DNA of 64,000 nucleotides from Anaerolineaceae bacterium (GTDB lineage: Bacteria; Chloroflexota; Anaerolineae; Aggregatilineales; Phototrophicaceae). Of the stretch, positions 47,627 to 58,973 are shown piece after piece. The notes under the pieces are model-generated. The model saw only the letters and a list, made by a program, of their open reading frames with translations. It had not been told where the DNA came from and made no database searches. Position numbers and translations under genes: made by a program. Numbering within the stretch: the first letter of the stretch is position 1; every line of letters begins with the position of its first letter. The DNA is taken from contig PABP01000009.1 in assembly GCA_002699585.1 (NCBI GenBank), positions 419,750-483,749 of the forward strand, in the 5' to 3' direction.

Positions 47627-48637
47627 CTAATCAGTGGGATGAATAGCTACTACCCGTGATCCAATCGCTGACAGCTTTTCGGACAGGTTTTGCAGCATGG
47701 CCTTGTCAGCATATGTGCCGACAATCGCCCCACCGGAACCTGCAAATTTGGCACTCGCGCCACAGGCTCGCGCCGTTTCGATCATGTCCACCTGCCACTT
47801 TGGCAATTTCGCTATCCGCTGCCGGGTATCGAAATTGGTGTCAATCAGTTCGGCTAAGTGGGGCATATCGTTGGCGAGGATGGCGTCACGGCCATCTTCC
47901 GCGAACTGCGCAAACTGCTGCATGGCATCCACCACTTCTTGCTCGCCGCGATTAAACCGCCCGCGAATATCATTGTGGAAAATCTCTGTGGGTTCGCCCA
48001 ACTGCGTGTGGTAGGCAATGTACAGCGGTAAATCCGGTGCCCACTGCAAGCGCTCGTAATGGTAATGCTTGATGCCATTCATAATCTGCGCCTGCGATTC
48101 GTCAAAATCCATGTAGACCATGCCCTCATAGGCCTGGATCACACGATCCTGTAACCCTGCGGAGATGCCGAGTTCATCAGACTCCACTGACAGCACAAAC
48201 GAGGGCTGAATTTCCAGCGGCATGTCGACCTCGTAGAAGGCCATCAGGCTGCGCAGCATCGCCGTGATGATCGAGCTAGACCCGGCAAGGCCGACCTGTC
48301 GCGGAATATGGCTTTCATAACGAACAGAGAAATTCTGCGAATGAAGTTGAATATCCTGCGCATTGCAGTAGTCCACAAAGCGCTTGATGGTCGCTTTTAT
48401 CAACCGAATGCCGCCGTAGTAGCCATGCGACGAGACATCGTCTGCCAGGTCATAAATCGACCGGAAGCGCCCGTGATCGTATTGCGAAGGGAGAATTTCC
48501 AGGGTGTGCCAGTCGTACATGGTCACTTCCGACCAGAAATCCTTGACGCTCACGGAAATGGTTTTGCCGTTATAGCCATCTGACGGATTCCCCAGCAGGC
48601 CGGCCCGTGCATAGGCCCGTTTTCGGATGATACGCAT
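47627..48637 (-). CDS. GHMP-family sugar kinase
   Basis: LLGNPSDGY and GLAGSSSIITA motifs. Confidence 0.8.
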   Translation of the reverse strand: MRIIRKRAYARAGLLGNPSDGYNGKTISVSVKDFWSEVTMYDWHTLEILPSQYDHGRFRSIYDLADDVSSHGYYGGIRLIKATIKRFVDYCNAQDIQLHSQNFSVRYESHIPRQVGLAGSSSIITAMLRSLMAFYEVDMPLEIQPSFVLSVESDELGISAGLQDRVIQAYEGMVYMDFDESQAQIMNGIKHYHYERLQWAPDLPLYIAYHTQLGEPTEIFHNDIRGRFNRGEQEVVDAMQQFAQFAEDGRDAILANDMPHLAELIDTNFDTRQRIAKLPKWQVDMIETARACGASAKFAGSGGAIVGTYADKAMLQNLSEKLSAIGSRVVAIHPTD

Positions 48638-49515
48638 TACGATTCGCCTTTGAGCAGGTCACTAACATACTTGTGGAGGTCTTCACCATAAGTGGGGTCC
48701 GCCAGGGCAAACTCAATGAACGCGCGATAATAAGACGGGTAGCTGCCAATATCGAAGCGACGTTCTTCGTCTGTGAGCCGTACCCCATAAACGCGATGGC
48801 CGTCCTCAATCAGCAGCCGAACGGCATCCGTCAACTGGATTTCACCACCTGCGCCTGGTTGTGTACGCTGTAACGCCTCAAATATGATTGGATTGAAGAT
48901 ATAGCGAGCCGCCACCGCCAACTGGCTGGGCGCATCTTCGACGGTTGGCTTCTCCACGATGTCCGCTAGCTCGAAGACATCACCCTCGCTCTTAGGAGCA
49001 GCAATCCCATAACGATAGACCTCTTCTCTGGGGACTGTCTCGAAAGCGATCACAGCGGCGCACTCGTTCTCATCAAAGCAGGCCTGCATACGCGATAACA
49101 GTTTCGAATCACCACCCTTGATGATCGAATCACCGAGGGCAACGACAAAGGGTTGGCCTGATGTGAAGTCACTGGCGCACTGCACTGCATGACCCAGACC
49201 AAGCAGTTGCCGCTGACGGGTGAAATAGTATTTCACAGGGACATAATCAAGCTGCAACTCCGCGAGCGCGTCTTCTTTCCCACGTTCCCGCAGCATACTG
49301 ACCAGCGACTCATTGAGGTCGAAGTAATTTTCAATGGATGTCTTGCTAGCACCTGTGATGAATAATATTTGATCGACCCCGTTTTCGATCAGCTCTTCAA
49401 CGATATGATGCACAACGGGTTTGCGCCCAACAGCTAACATTTCCTTGGGCTTTGATTTGGTCAAGGGTAACAAGCGGGTACCCAGTCCGGCGACTGGTAC
49501 GACAGCAATACTCAT
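48637..49515 (-). CDS. UTP-glucose-1-phosphate uridylyltransferase-like sugar-1-P nucleotidyltransferase
   Basis: VVPVAGLGTRLLPLTKSKPKEML. Start at MSIAVV with upstream GGA-rich region. Confidence 0.8.
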   Translation of the reverse strand: MSIAVVPVAGLGTRLLPLTKSKPKEMLAVGRKPVVHHIVEELIENGVDQILFITGASKTSIENYFDLNESLVSMLRERGKEDALAELQLDYVPVKYYFTRQRQLLGLGHAVQCASDFTSGQPFVVALGDSIIKGGDSKLLSRMQACFDENECAAVIAFETVPREEVYRYGIAAPKSEGDVFELADIVEKPTVEDAPSQLAVAARYIFNPIIFEALQRTQPGAGGEIQLTDAVRLLIEDGHRVYGVRLTDEERRFDIGSYPSYYRAFIEFALADPTYGEDLHKYVSDLLKGES

Positions 49516-49818
49516 GAATGTGCCTATCCTTTTAGTACGGTATTCAATGGTTCCCGTATATAGTACCACCGGGATCGTGAAATTCAGTTCGTCAGAGTGA
49601 AAACGCATGTTGTGATTAAATCGTGAGACATGCATAGATGAACCTGTTTTCATGTCTGAATGCTACTTTATGCAATCTCAGAAATTATACCCTGCTTGCG
49701 TGCAATGCGGTATGCGGGCATCCTATGGGGGCTACCTGTATATTTTTTGTATTCCAGAAGCGCATTAAGTACGATTTGCAGCAACAAACTGTTGCTCGCT
49801 TAGTTTGAGGGAACCAAC

Positions 49819-50781
49819 ATGAGGATTACGAAGGATATGCTCAATGAGGGCCTTAAAGATGCCTATTGGCCAAGCAAAGCTGTCGGATTCATGCTAAGTC
49901 ACGCCTGGACTGTTAAGTTGATAGATCGTGTTGGCGCAAGGACAAAGGGTGCTGATATTGATGGGTTACACTGCGAAGAGACTTACGTTCCCAGTTGCAG
50001 CGGTGGCCCTGATATTCGCGTCAGGATATATAAACCCTTGGATTCACCCCAGATGTTGCCTGGTATGCTATATATTCATGGGGGTGGCTATATGTTGGGA
50101 ACGCCTGAGTCTTTCGCCGATGTCATAAAGAAGTTTATTGCAGCTAAACCTTGTGTTATTCTGGCGCCCGACTACCGAAAAGCGATGGATGCACCTTATC
50201 CCGCGGCATTCAACGACTGCTACGACACCCTATTGTGGATGAATGAACATGCTGACAAACTTGGCATTATTCCTGATAGTTTTATCGTAGCTGGGCATAG
50301 TGCAGGCGGCGGACTTACGGCGGCAGTGACGCTAAAGGCAACGGATACCCAGGATGTTAACATCGCTTTCCAGATGCCTGTTTATCCCATGATTGATGAT
50401 CGTGGCGCGACTGCATCTTCTCTTTCCAACGCACCCGTCTGGAATTCAAAATCGAACAAATTGGGATGGCGTCTATATCTGAGAGATTTACTAAAAGATG
50501 GCGTTGAGATTCCGGCCTATGCGGCACCTGCGCGTGCCACAGACTACTCCCGCCTTCCTCCAACGATTACTTTTGTCGGTGACCTGGAGCCGTTCAGAGA
50601 TGAGACAATCGCATACGTTGAAAATATCAAGAAAGCAGGCATTCCTGTCGAGTTTGAGCTTTACGAAGGCTGTTTTCATGGATTTGATAGTGTCGTAACC
50701 CAGGCGGAGATCAGCATTAAGGCATGGGATTTCTTATTGTCTAAATACAATGCTTTTGTCGATAAATACGTTTACGCCTAA
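49819..50781 (+). CDS. alpha/beta-hydrolase fold esterase (HSL-like)
   Basis: HGGGY oxyanion motif and GHSAGG nucleophile elbow. Confidence 0.8.
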   Translation: MRITKDMLNEGLKDAYWPSKAVGFMLSHAWTVKLIDRVGARTKGADIDGLHCEETYVPSCSGGPDIRVRIYKPLDSPQMLPGMLYIHGGGYMLGTPESFADVIKKFIAAKPCVILAPDYRKAMDAPYPAAFNDCYDTLLWMNEHADKLGIIPDSFIVAGHSAGGGLTAAVTLKATDTQDVNIAFQMPVYPMIDDRGATASSLSNAPVWNSKSNKLGWRLYLRDLLKDGVEIPAYAAPARATDYSRLPPTITFVGDLEPFRDETIAYVENIKKAGIPVEFELYEGCFHGFDSVVTQAEISIKAWDFLLSKYNAFVDKYVYA

Positions 50782-50894
50782 GGTTTGGACCAACGGGTAC
50801 TTCTCCATTTGCTTGGCTTCGTCCCATTTCTCTCTCATCCTTGTGGCATGGCTATGTTATCATCGTGCGGTGATTAACAAATGTGAGCAGATAA

Positions 50895-52412
50895 ATGGCC
50901 TATTACTACGATCAACCCTCTCGTACGTTCAGTGAGTACTTGTTAATTCCCAGATATTCGTCGGCAGAGTGTGTGCCTACGAATGTGTCGCTGAAAACAC
51001 CCCTGGTCAAGTTCAAACAAGGTGAAACACCCGCCCTGACATTAAACACCCCGTTGGTTTCCGCGATCATGCAGTCGGTGTCCAATGATACGATGGCGAT
51101 TGCCCTGGCGCGTGAGGGCGGTTTGTCCTTTATTTACTGCTCCCAGCCCATTGAGCGCCAAGCGGAGATGGTACGCCGTGTGAAAAGCTACAAAGCGGGC
51201 TTCGTCGTCACGGATTCAGCCGTGCATGCCGACAACACCCTGGCGGACATCCTGGCACTTAAAGAAAAGACCGGACATTCGACGGTTGCGGTCACTGAGG
51301 ATGGCACGTCCACAGGTAAGTTCATCGGGATCATCACCAGCCGCGATTATCGCGTCAGCCGCATGGAACCCAATACCAAAGTATCCAGCTTCATGACCCC
51401 GCTGGAAAAGATCATCTATGCCAGAGATGGCATCACCCTGAGCGAGGCCAACGACATCATTTGGGACCACAAAATCAATGTGTTGCCTATCGTTGATGAA
51501 CAGCAGCGCCTGGTGTCATTCGTGTTCCGCAAAGACTACGACGTGCATAAGGCCAATGTCAATGAACTGCTGGATAACTCCAAACGCTATCTGGTCGGCG
51601 CAGGCGTCAACACACGCGATTATGAACAGCGTATTCCGGAGTTGGTTGAAGCGGGCGTCGATGTCTTGTGCATTGACTCCTCAGAAGGCTTTACCGAATG
51701 GCAGAAGCGCACATTAGCATTCGTCCGAGACCAGTATGGCGACGATGTGAAAATTGGCGCAGGCAATGTGGTCGATCGTGATGGCTTCCGCTTTTTGGCA
51801 GAGGCCGGTGCAGATTTCATCAAGGTTGGCATCGGTGGTGGCGCCATTTGCATCACCCGCGAAGCCAAGGGTATCGGGCGCGGGCAGGCAACTGCCGTGA
51901 TTGAAGTCGCTAAAGCCCGTGATGAGTATTTTGAGGAAACGGGCATCTACATCCCGATCTGCTCGGATGGCGGTATCGTCCATGACTATCAGGTTTCGCT
52001 GGCGTTGGCGATGGGCAGCGATTTCTGCATGTTAGGTCGCTACTTCGCGCGCTTTGATGAAAGCCCCTCTAATAAAGTGGTCGTCAATGGCAATTACATG
52101 AAAGAATACTGGGGTGAGGGCAGTGCCCGCGCGCGTAACTGGCAGCGGTACGATTCAGGTGGAGATGCCAAACTCTCGTTTGAGGAAGGTGTTGATTCCT
52201 ATGTGCCCTATGCCGGTAGCCTGCGCGATAACCTCGCTATTACACTAAGCAAGGTCAAGTCGGCGATGTGTAACTGTGGTAGCCTCAGTATCCAAGAATT
52301 CCAGGATAATGCGCATCTGACGCTGGTGTCTTCGGTTAGCATTGTCGAAGGGGGTGCCCACAACGTCCTGGTGCGCGATCAGCAGGTCAGCTCTACGTCA
52401 TCTGGCTCGTAA
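50895..52412 (+). CDS. IMP dehydrogenase-family protein with CBS pair
   Basis: N-terminal [11 protein letters not shown], catalytic loop [12 protein letters not shown]. Confidence 0.75.
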   Translation: MAYYYDQPSRTFSEYLLIPRYSSAECVPTNVSLKTPLVKFKQGETPALTLNTPLVSAIMQSVSNDTMAIALAREGGLSFIYCSQPIERQAEMVRRVKSYKAGFVVTDSAVHADNTLADILALKEKTGHSTVAVTEDGTSTGKFIGIITSRDYRVSRMEPNTKVSSFMTPLEKIIYARDGITLSEANDIIWDHKINVLPIVDEQQRLVSFVFRKDYDVHKANVNELLDNSKRYLVGAGVNTRDYEQRIPELVEAGVDVLCIDSSEGFTEWQKRTLAFVRDQYGDDVKIGAGNVVDRDGFRFLAEAGADFIKVGIGGGAICITREAKGIGRGQATAVIEVAKARDEYFEETGIYIPICSDGGIVHDYQVSLALAMGSDFCMLGRYFARFDESPSNKVVVNGNYMKEYWGEGSARARNWQRYDSGGDAKLSFEEGVDSYVPYAGSLRDNLAITLSKVKSAMCNCGSLSIQEFQDNAHLTLVSSVSIVEGGAHNVLVRDQQVSSTSSGS

Positions 52413-52453
52413 TCCATACGGCGTAAGCACTTCCTGCAAATTCAGCACAATCC

Positions 52454-52481
52454 AAAAGAGGCACTGATAATGTGCCTCTTT
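52454..52481. terminator. bidirectional terminator AAAAGAGGCAC-tgataat-GTGCCTCTTT
   Basis: Perfect 10-bp stem between convergent genes. Confidence 0.6.
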
Positions 52482-52502
52482 GTGTTTTAGGAATCGGGCA
52501 AA

Positions 52503-54221
52503 TCAGGCCAACTCAGCAATCAGAATTTCGAACGGCGACAGGTTTATGCTTGCAGACGTATCGACCGTATGGGACCGCATTTCTGTGGAAAACAGCACAT
52601 GCGCCGTTTTCTCATCGCGATCAAGCTCAATCTGCTGGTTCACTTCCGAGAAGTTAAGGGCAACTAGGCATGTCTGATTAACCTCTGTCCTTTGCCTGAG
52701 AAAGATCAGACAGTCGGTATTTTCAGCATCAAGGACCTGATAATCGCCAGTGTTCAATGCCGGGGTTGCCTGCCTCAGTTGGATCACCGCCCGGTAGAAA
52801 CTAAGCAGCGAAGTTGGATCGTCGATCTGATCGGCAACGTTGATGCCCGTCTCATGATTGGGATGAATAGGTAGCCAGGTGGTACTCCCTGATGGACTGA
52901 AACCAGCTTCCGGGCTGCTGTTCCATTGCATGGGCGTGCGACAGCGGTCGCGTGTCGCCAGGAGCGCCGCTTCCGTGGCTTCATCGGCTGTTTTACCGAG
53001 TTTCTGCGTCATGCGCTGGTATAGATTGAGTGCCGCCGTATCACGAATCTCGTCCATGCTCGTGAGCTTTAAATCGACCATGCCGATTTCTTCGCCATAA
53101 TACAGGAACGGCGTGCCCTTCAATGTTAGCATCAGGGCCGCATGCAGACGTGCCAGGGCTGCGTCATGCTGACCGTCCCCATAGCGCGTCCATACACGGG
53201 AGGCATCATGGTTGTTGAGCGTGTTGCAGGGCCATGCCTCGTCAGGCAGATCGGTTAGGCGCAATGTCTGGTTGGCGCGGATACCCATTGGCGTCAATCG
53301 TTTAAGCCGCATCAATGGGAAATTGAAGACCAGATGCAGTTCATCATCGCCGGAACCATGAAACGTGACATCTTCATCTTCACCCACAAGGATGCGATCA
53401 CCAGGATATTGGTCGATTAACGTGCGCAGTTCTTTCAAAAGCGCATGGAGTCCCGGTCGTTTCACTTGGTATTCCATAAGGTGATAGTAATCGGCTGTTT
53501 CGAGTGAGTTCGGGTCGGGGATCTCATCAAATGACAGCGGAAAAGTGTGATCCGGTATGTCCAGGTCTTCATATATGGTTGCAACGGCATCCAGTCGAAA
53601 ACCATCGACGCCCATGTCCAACCAGAATCGTACAGCGTCCCACATCGCCGCTTTGACTTCAGGATTGCGCCAGTTGAGGTCCGGTTGCTCTTTGAGGAAA
53701 GCATGGTAATAGTATTGCTCAGTTACGGCATCGTATTCCCAGGCTGATCCCCCAAAAATCGATGCCCAGTTGTTGGGTGCACTGCCATTTTTGCCATCAT
53801 GCCAGATGTACCAGTCCCGTTTGGGGTTGTCTCGGCTGGAACGTGATTCCTGAAACCAGGGATGCTGATCCGAACTGTGGTTGAGGACCAGGTCGAGAAT
53901 CACCCGAATATCGCGCGCATGGGCTTCATCCAGGAACATTTTGAAATCCGCCAGTGTGCCATATTCTGGTGCGACATCTTCATAATCGGAGATGTCATAA
54001 CCGCAGTCAATATATGGTGAGGGAAAATGCGGAGATAACCAGATTCCGCCGATACCGAGATCGCGCAGATGGTCGAGTTTGCTGATGATGCCCTGAAAAT
54101 CACCGATGCCATCCCCATTGCCATCTGCAAAACTACGCGGGTAAATCTGATAGAAGACGGCCCGCTGCCACCATTTGATTTCAGTCAATGTCTTTTTCCT
54201 TGCAGTCGATGTCAGTCCCAT
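52503..54221 (-). CDS. GH13 alpha-glucosidase / oligo-1,6-glucosidase-like
   Basis: FYQIYPRSFADGNGDGIGD, GIGGIWLSP, DLVLNHSS. Confidence 0.9.
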   Translation of the reverse strand: MGLTSTARKKTLTEIKWWQRAVFYQIYPRSFADGNGDGIGDFQGIISKLDHLRDLGIGGIWLSPHFPSPYIDCGYDISDYEDVAPEYGTLADFKMFLDEAHARDIRVILDLVLNHSSDQHPWFQESRSSRDNPKRDWYIWHDGKNGSAPNNWASIFGGSAWEYDAVTEQYYYHAFLKEQPDLNWRNPEVKAAMWDAVRFWLDMGVDGFRLDAVATIYEDLDIPDHTFPLSFDEIPDPNSLETADYYHLMEYQVKRPGLHALLKELRTLIDQYPGDRILVGEDEDVTFHGSGDDELHLVFNFPLMRLKRLTPMGIRANQTLRLTDLPDEAWPCNTLNNHDASRVWTRYGDGQHDAALARLHAALMLTLKGTPFLYYGEEIGMVDLKLTSMDEIRDTAALNLYQRMTQKLGKTADEATEAALLATRDRCRTPMQWNSSPEAGFSPSGSTTWLPIHPNHETGINVADQIDDPTSLLSFYRAVIQLRQATPALNTGDYQVLDAENTDCLIFLRQRTEVNQTCLVALNFSEVNQQIELDRDEKTAHVLFSTEMRSHTVDTSASINLSPFEILIAELA

Positions 54222-54407
54222 ATACCGACGAGATTATAGCAGGTTCATCATCATTGGCAGGGTGTAAGACTAACTGTGGTGAATCTCCAATTCCCTCGGC
54301 ATCACGCTAGCAAATGAACGCAGGTATAAGGATTCGCTTTGTTGGCGTAAGATACCCTGTGTCTGGTTCCATCAAATAAGCTCCAACCCAAATATGGAGA
54401 GAACTAA

Positions 54408-54818
54408 ATGAACGACTTTAATGCCCGTATTATCAAGGAATTCCGTGCCAATGAGGGTGTAGTTGGCGGCCCTTTTGAAGGTGCAACCTTGCTCCTGCTG
54501 CATACAACTGGCGCAAAAAGTGGCAAGGAACGGGTCAATCCGCTCATGTATTTCAAAGAGGGGGATCGCTATGTGATTATCGCATCCAAAGCTGGTGCGG
54601 ATTCCCATCCTGATTGGTACTACAACGTAAAGGCCAATCCTGATGTGTCCATTGAAGTGGGCACAGAGCAGTTGGATGCACAGGCATCCATAGCGCCGGA
54701 ACCGGACCGTACCCAACTTTATGAAAAGATGGAGTCGATTAGTAGTGCCTTCACGGAGTATAAAAACAAAGCCTCGCGCGTCATCCCGGTTGTGACCTTG
54801 ACGCCTACATCGTCATAG
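54408..54818 (+). CDS. deazaflavin (F420)-dependent nitroreductase-family protein (DUF385/PNPOx-like)
   Basis: GATLLLLHTTGAKSGKERVNPLMYF...VIIASKAGADSHPDWYYNVKANP. Confidence 0.8.
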   Translation: MNDFNARIIKEFRANEGVVGGPFEGATLLLLHTTGAKSGKERVNPLMYFKEGDRYVIIASKAGADSHPDWYYNVKANPDVSIEVGTEQLDAQASIAPEPDRTQLYEKMESISSAFTEYKNKASRVIPVVTLTPTSS

Positions 54819-54844
54819 TTAGATTGCTATCATGAAGTTTTTAA

Positions 54845-54871
54845 GGGGCGCGTAAACTGCGCCTCTTTTTA
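54845..54871 (+). terminator. rho-independent terminator
   Basis: GGCGC-gtaaact-GCGCC followed by TCTTTTT. Confidence 0.5.
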
Positions 54872-55017
54872 CATCGAATTGTTTTTGGGATCGGAGTGGG
54901 GCATTCCTTGGCTATTCTGTCCTAGTCCTGAATCAGCAAATTTACTGACTGACAAAAAGATCTTCATTGATTACCCTTGGAAGTAACGATATTCATCCCA
55001 CGCGAACAAGGTGATCC

Positions 55018-56022
55018 ATGACAGACTCAACACAGACACGTTCCCGCAGAGGTTGCTGGATGACAGGTATAGCTGTTTTGCTTGTACCTATCCTGCTGAT
55101 TATCCTCGTCAGTCAATTTACGCCCATTCTCAATATCTGGTTGGTTCGTACGCTCATCAGCAGGGTGACCTATGGCGAACCCGATAACATGGATGAAATC
55201 AGGCGCAATATCACCGCTGTGTCTGATCTTACCTATGGCACGGAACCCAACAGCGACCTCGATATTTACTATCCCACAGATGCGCAAACACCTTTACCTG
55301 TTGTCGTCTATATACATGGTGGCGGCTTTATCGGTGGCGATAAATCGGCGGTGCAACCCTTCGCTATGGCCATCGCCAATGAGGGCTATCTGGTTGCCAA
55401 TATTAATTATGGGTTTGCCCCGGAGCAGCCTTATCCGACCGCTGTCACGCAGGTTAACCAGGCGCTCGCCTATGTTGACGAGCAGATTGCAGACTATGGT
55501 GGCGATAGCGACAGGCTGTTTATTGCAGGGAATTCTGCTGGCGCACAGTTGACGAGTCAGGTAGCTGCCCTCATCACGAACGAGAGCTTTGCCACGCAGA
55601 TGGATCTACAGCCGACTATCACGCCGGAGCAACTTAAGGGTGTTGTGCTTATCAATGGCATATACAACATGCAGACCCTGCGCGAAACAGGGTTTCCCAA
55701 TATCGGACAGTTTATGTGGGCCTACACGGGCGCGCGTGAATTTGAAACGTATCACCGATTGAATGAAATTTCCACGATTGAGCATGTCACAGCCGACTAT
55801 CCGCCTGTATTCATCACTGCTGGCGACATTGACCCCTTGCAATCACAAACATTGGCGATGATCGACGAGCTGAATGACAATGATATTGATGTGACCTCGG
55901 CCTTATTTACCGATCAAAATATGGGTTTGGACCATGATTTCATCCTCAATTTGGATCAACCAACCAGCGAAGCGACTTTTCGCCAGTTGATGGAGTTCCT
56001 CAACCAGCGCGCGAATAATTGA
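55018..56022 (+). CDS. alpha/beta-hydrolase fold esterase
   Basis: VYIHGGGF and IAGNSAGAQL. Confidence 0.8.
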   Translation: MTDSTQTRSRRGCWMTGIAVLLVPILLIILVSQFTPILNIWLVRTLISRVTYGEPDNMDEIRRNITAVSDLTYGTEPNSDLDIYYPTDAQTPLPVVVYIHGGGFIGGDKSAVQPFAMAIANEGYLVANINYGFAPEQPYPTAVTQVNQALAYVDEQIADYGGDSDRLFIAGNSAGAQLTSQVAALITNESFATQMDLQPTITPEQLKGVVLINGIYNMQTLRETGFPNIGQFMWAYTGAREFETYHRLNEISTIEHVTADYPPVFITAGDIDPLQSQTLAMIDELNDNDIDVTSALFTDQNMGLDHDFILNLDQPTSEATFRQLMEFLNQRANN

Positions 56023-56041
56023 TGTGCTGAAAAATAAAAGC

Positions 56042-56068
56042 AAAATGGCCCCAATTTGGGGCCATTTT
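56042..56068. terminator. bidirectional terminator AAAATGGCCCC-aatt-TGGGGCCATTTT
   Basis: Perfect hairpin between convergent genes. Confidence 0.65.
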
Positions 56069-56086
56069 CTTGCAGATCAGACGTAT

Positions 56087-56995
56087 TTAGTTATTTGGCC
56101 ATTGTGCCCAGTTGGAGCAGTGGCTACCGACATCACGGCCCTGCAGTTCGCGCAGTGTACCGCCATAGATAGCGTTCATGCTGGCGCGTGGGTTTGCGAC
56201 CAGGGAGCCATCTGAACGTGTACCAATATTGCCGAAGTGGGCTGCACTCAGCCCATGACCAACTTCGTGAATCGCAACAGTTGGTAGGTCAAAGACGCGC
56301 GGGCCACTCGGTTGTGCGCCTTCGACGCCGTTGTCAGCCCACTCGTATTGATCGTTGTAGTAGATTTCACGCAGGGCAGCGTCGACCTTCCCGTTGTTAT
56401 CAATGTCAGTCAGATTGCCATTGGCATCGGTCCAGAATAGGGTGTAGGTCACACCAAGTGTGCTGGTCCCTGGTGGGAAGATAGAGCTTACGCCTAAGAA
56501 ACCAATCTGGGTGACATCAGCCTGGACCAGACCGATATCGAGTACGCCTGTACTGAAGAAGTTGGCAACCAGGCCGGGTGATGAAGGATTCACGCTATTC
56601 TCAGTCAGGGTAAGGCCAGAGCATTGGAGGCGTTCCCAAACCCGGAAGGACTCCCCAAACCAGGATAACTGATTGGTCAGGTTGACATCACTTGATTGGA
56701 AGCCGGTCTTCACGCCATAGCTGATGCCCGGAACGGTATCCCATGCTGCACGCGGATCGTTGTAGACGAAGTCATGTGCCAGTTGACCATTGCCCAGATC
56801 ACTACGGAAATAGGTGATGCCACCTGCTTCGCCACTTGCCGGGTCGGTGATGTACTGGGCATAACCGAGCACAACCGTATGACCACTGTAGTCTTGTGCT
56901 TGCACCTGAGTGTTGACCACTGAGAAGCCCAATACGGCTACCAGTGCCACAGCCACCAGCAGTGCTAGTCTAAATTTGGTATTCATTTGTTTCAC
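56087..56995 (-). CDS. secreted zinc metalloprotease (metzincin/matrixin-like)
   Basis: Signal peptide. AIHEVGHGLSAAH (HExxHxxGxxH). Confidence 0.7.
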   Translation of the reverse strand: MKQMNTKFRLALLVAVALVAVLGFSVVNTQVQAQDYSGHTVVLGYAQYITDPASGEAGGITYFRSDLGNGQLAHDFVYNDPRAAWDTVPGISYGVKTGFQSSDVNLTNQLSWFGESFRVWERLQCSGLTLTENSVNPSSPGLVANFFSTGVLDIGLVQADVTQIGFLGVSSIFPPGTSTLGVTYTLFWTDANGNLTDIDNNGKVDAALREIYYNDQYEWADNGVEGAQPSGPRVFDLPTVAIHEVGHGLSAAHFGNIGTRSDGSLVANPRASMNAIYGGTLRELQGRDVGSHCSNWAQWPNN

Positions 56996-57325
56996 TCCCG
57001 TAAAAAAACCAACGACATAATTTTCTTCTGATATTGCCTACAGAGCGGTATCAGAGAGCTGAGTATGGCATAAGTCTCAAATTATGCCAAGAAATGTTAG
57101 ACAATTGATCATATTTATGTATGAGCGTTAATAATAGTTCATATTCGTAGGGAATATCCTAAATTTCATTTTTATGCTAGCTCAATAAAAGAGCCTCAAT
57201 TGTGAAAAAATACGCTTATTAGGGTTGGTTTATATACGCGTGCCTACTACTTGACGTATACAAACAAATGTTCTATTCTGGATGTAATTCAAGTTCCCAT
57301 ACAACCTGTTCCCATATAAGAGGAT

Positions 57326-58443
57326 ATGCATATGAGCGAAGTCCGTGTTCTCGTTGGTACAAGCAAGGGCGCTTTTATCCTGCGGTCGGATGAAAAGCGT
57401 AAGGACTGGACAGTCGATGGCCCGCACTTCCCAGGGTGGGAGGTGTATCATATGACAGGCACACCCAGCGACCCCAATCGGCTGTATGTCTCGCAGTCTG
57501 GCGGTTGGTTCGGCCAAGTGATCCAGCGCTCCGATGATGCCGGAAAAACCTGGGAAGCCGTTAGTAACGAGTTTGTTTACGATGGCGAAACGGGTACGCA
57601 TCAGTGGTACGATGGATCGCAACATCCCTGGGAATTCACCCGCGTATGGCATCTGGAACCCTCCCCAACCGACCCCGATTCAATCTATGCAGGCGTGGAA
57701 GATGCTGCGTTGTTCCATTCGGCGGATGGTGGCAAAAGCTGGCAGGAGCTTCCGGGTCTGCGTAAGGTCAAAGGCGATTTGTGGCAACCGGGAGCGGGGG
57801 GTATGTGCCTGCACACGATTGTCCTCAGCCCCGATAACCCCAATCGCATGGTGGTCGCCATTTCTGCGGCGGGGGCCTTCCGTACTGATGACGGCGGCCA
57901 GACCTGGATGCCCATCAATGAGAGTCTGAAGTCGGACTACGAACTGCCTGATGCCGAAGCAGAGGTTGGTCATTGTGTGCACAGCATCAACATGCACCCC
58001 TCGAACCCTGATATCCTGTTTATGCAAAAGCACTGGGACGTCATGCGCTCCGATAATGCTGGTGACTCCTGGTACGAAGTCAGCGGCAATTTGCCCAGCG
58101 ACTTTGGCTTTCCGATTGTCGTGCATGCCCATGAACCCAACACCATCTATGTCGTGCCGATTGAGAGTGACTCGCATCACTTCCCGCCGGAGGGCAAACT
58201 GCGCGTGTATCGCAGTCGGACGGGGGGTAACGAGTGGGAAGCCCTGACCCATGGTCTGCCGCAAAGCGACTGTTACGTCAATGTGCTGCGGAATGCCATG
58301 TGTGTGGATTCACTCGACTCGTGTGGTATCTACTTCGGGACCACGGGCGGGCAGGTCTATGTCTCTGCGGATTCCGGCGATAACTGGATGCCCATCGTCC
58401 ATGATTTGCCGCGTGTGCTGTCGGTTGAGGTACAGGTAGTCCC

Positions 58444-58447
<4 letters not shown>
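57326..58447 (+). CDS. BNR/Asp-box repeat beta-propeller protein
   Basis: [45 protein letters not shown]. Confidence 0.7.
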
Positions 58448-58740
<293 letters not shown>

Positions 58741-58973
58741 TTCATAAAACTTTTTAGGTGCATATCGTTCTGCATGTATTGTGATTCATAAACGGGTAGC
58801 TATCAATACGGTAGCTGCCCATTTTCTTTTTTATCGGTGATGAACGGATGAGGCCAAGATGGATGTTACCAAATTATGCTGAATCTCATCATAAAATCTA
58901 TAAAATATTGCAAAAATGCAGTTTATTCTATATATTTACGTAGATTTTTCACTTTTCGCATTGGAATGTTGAT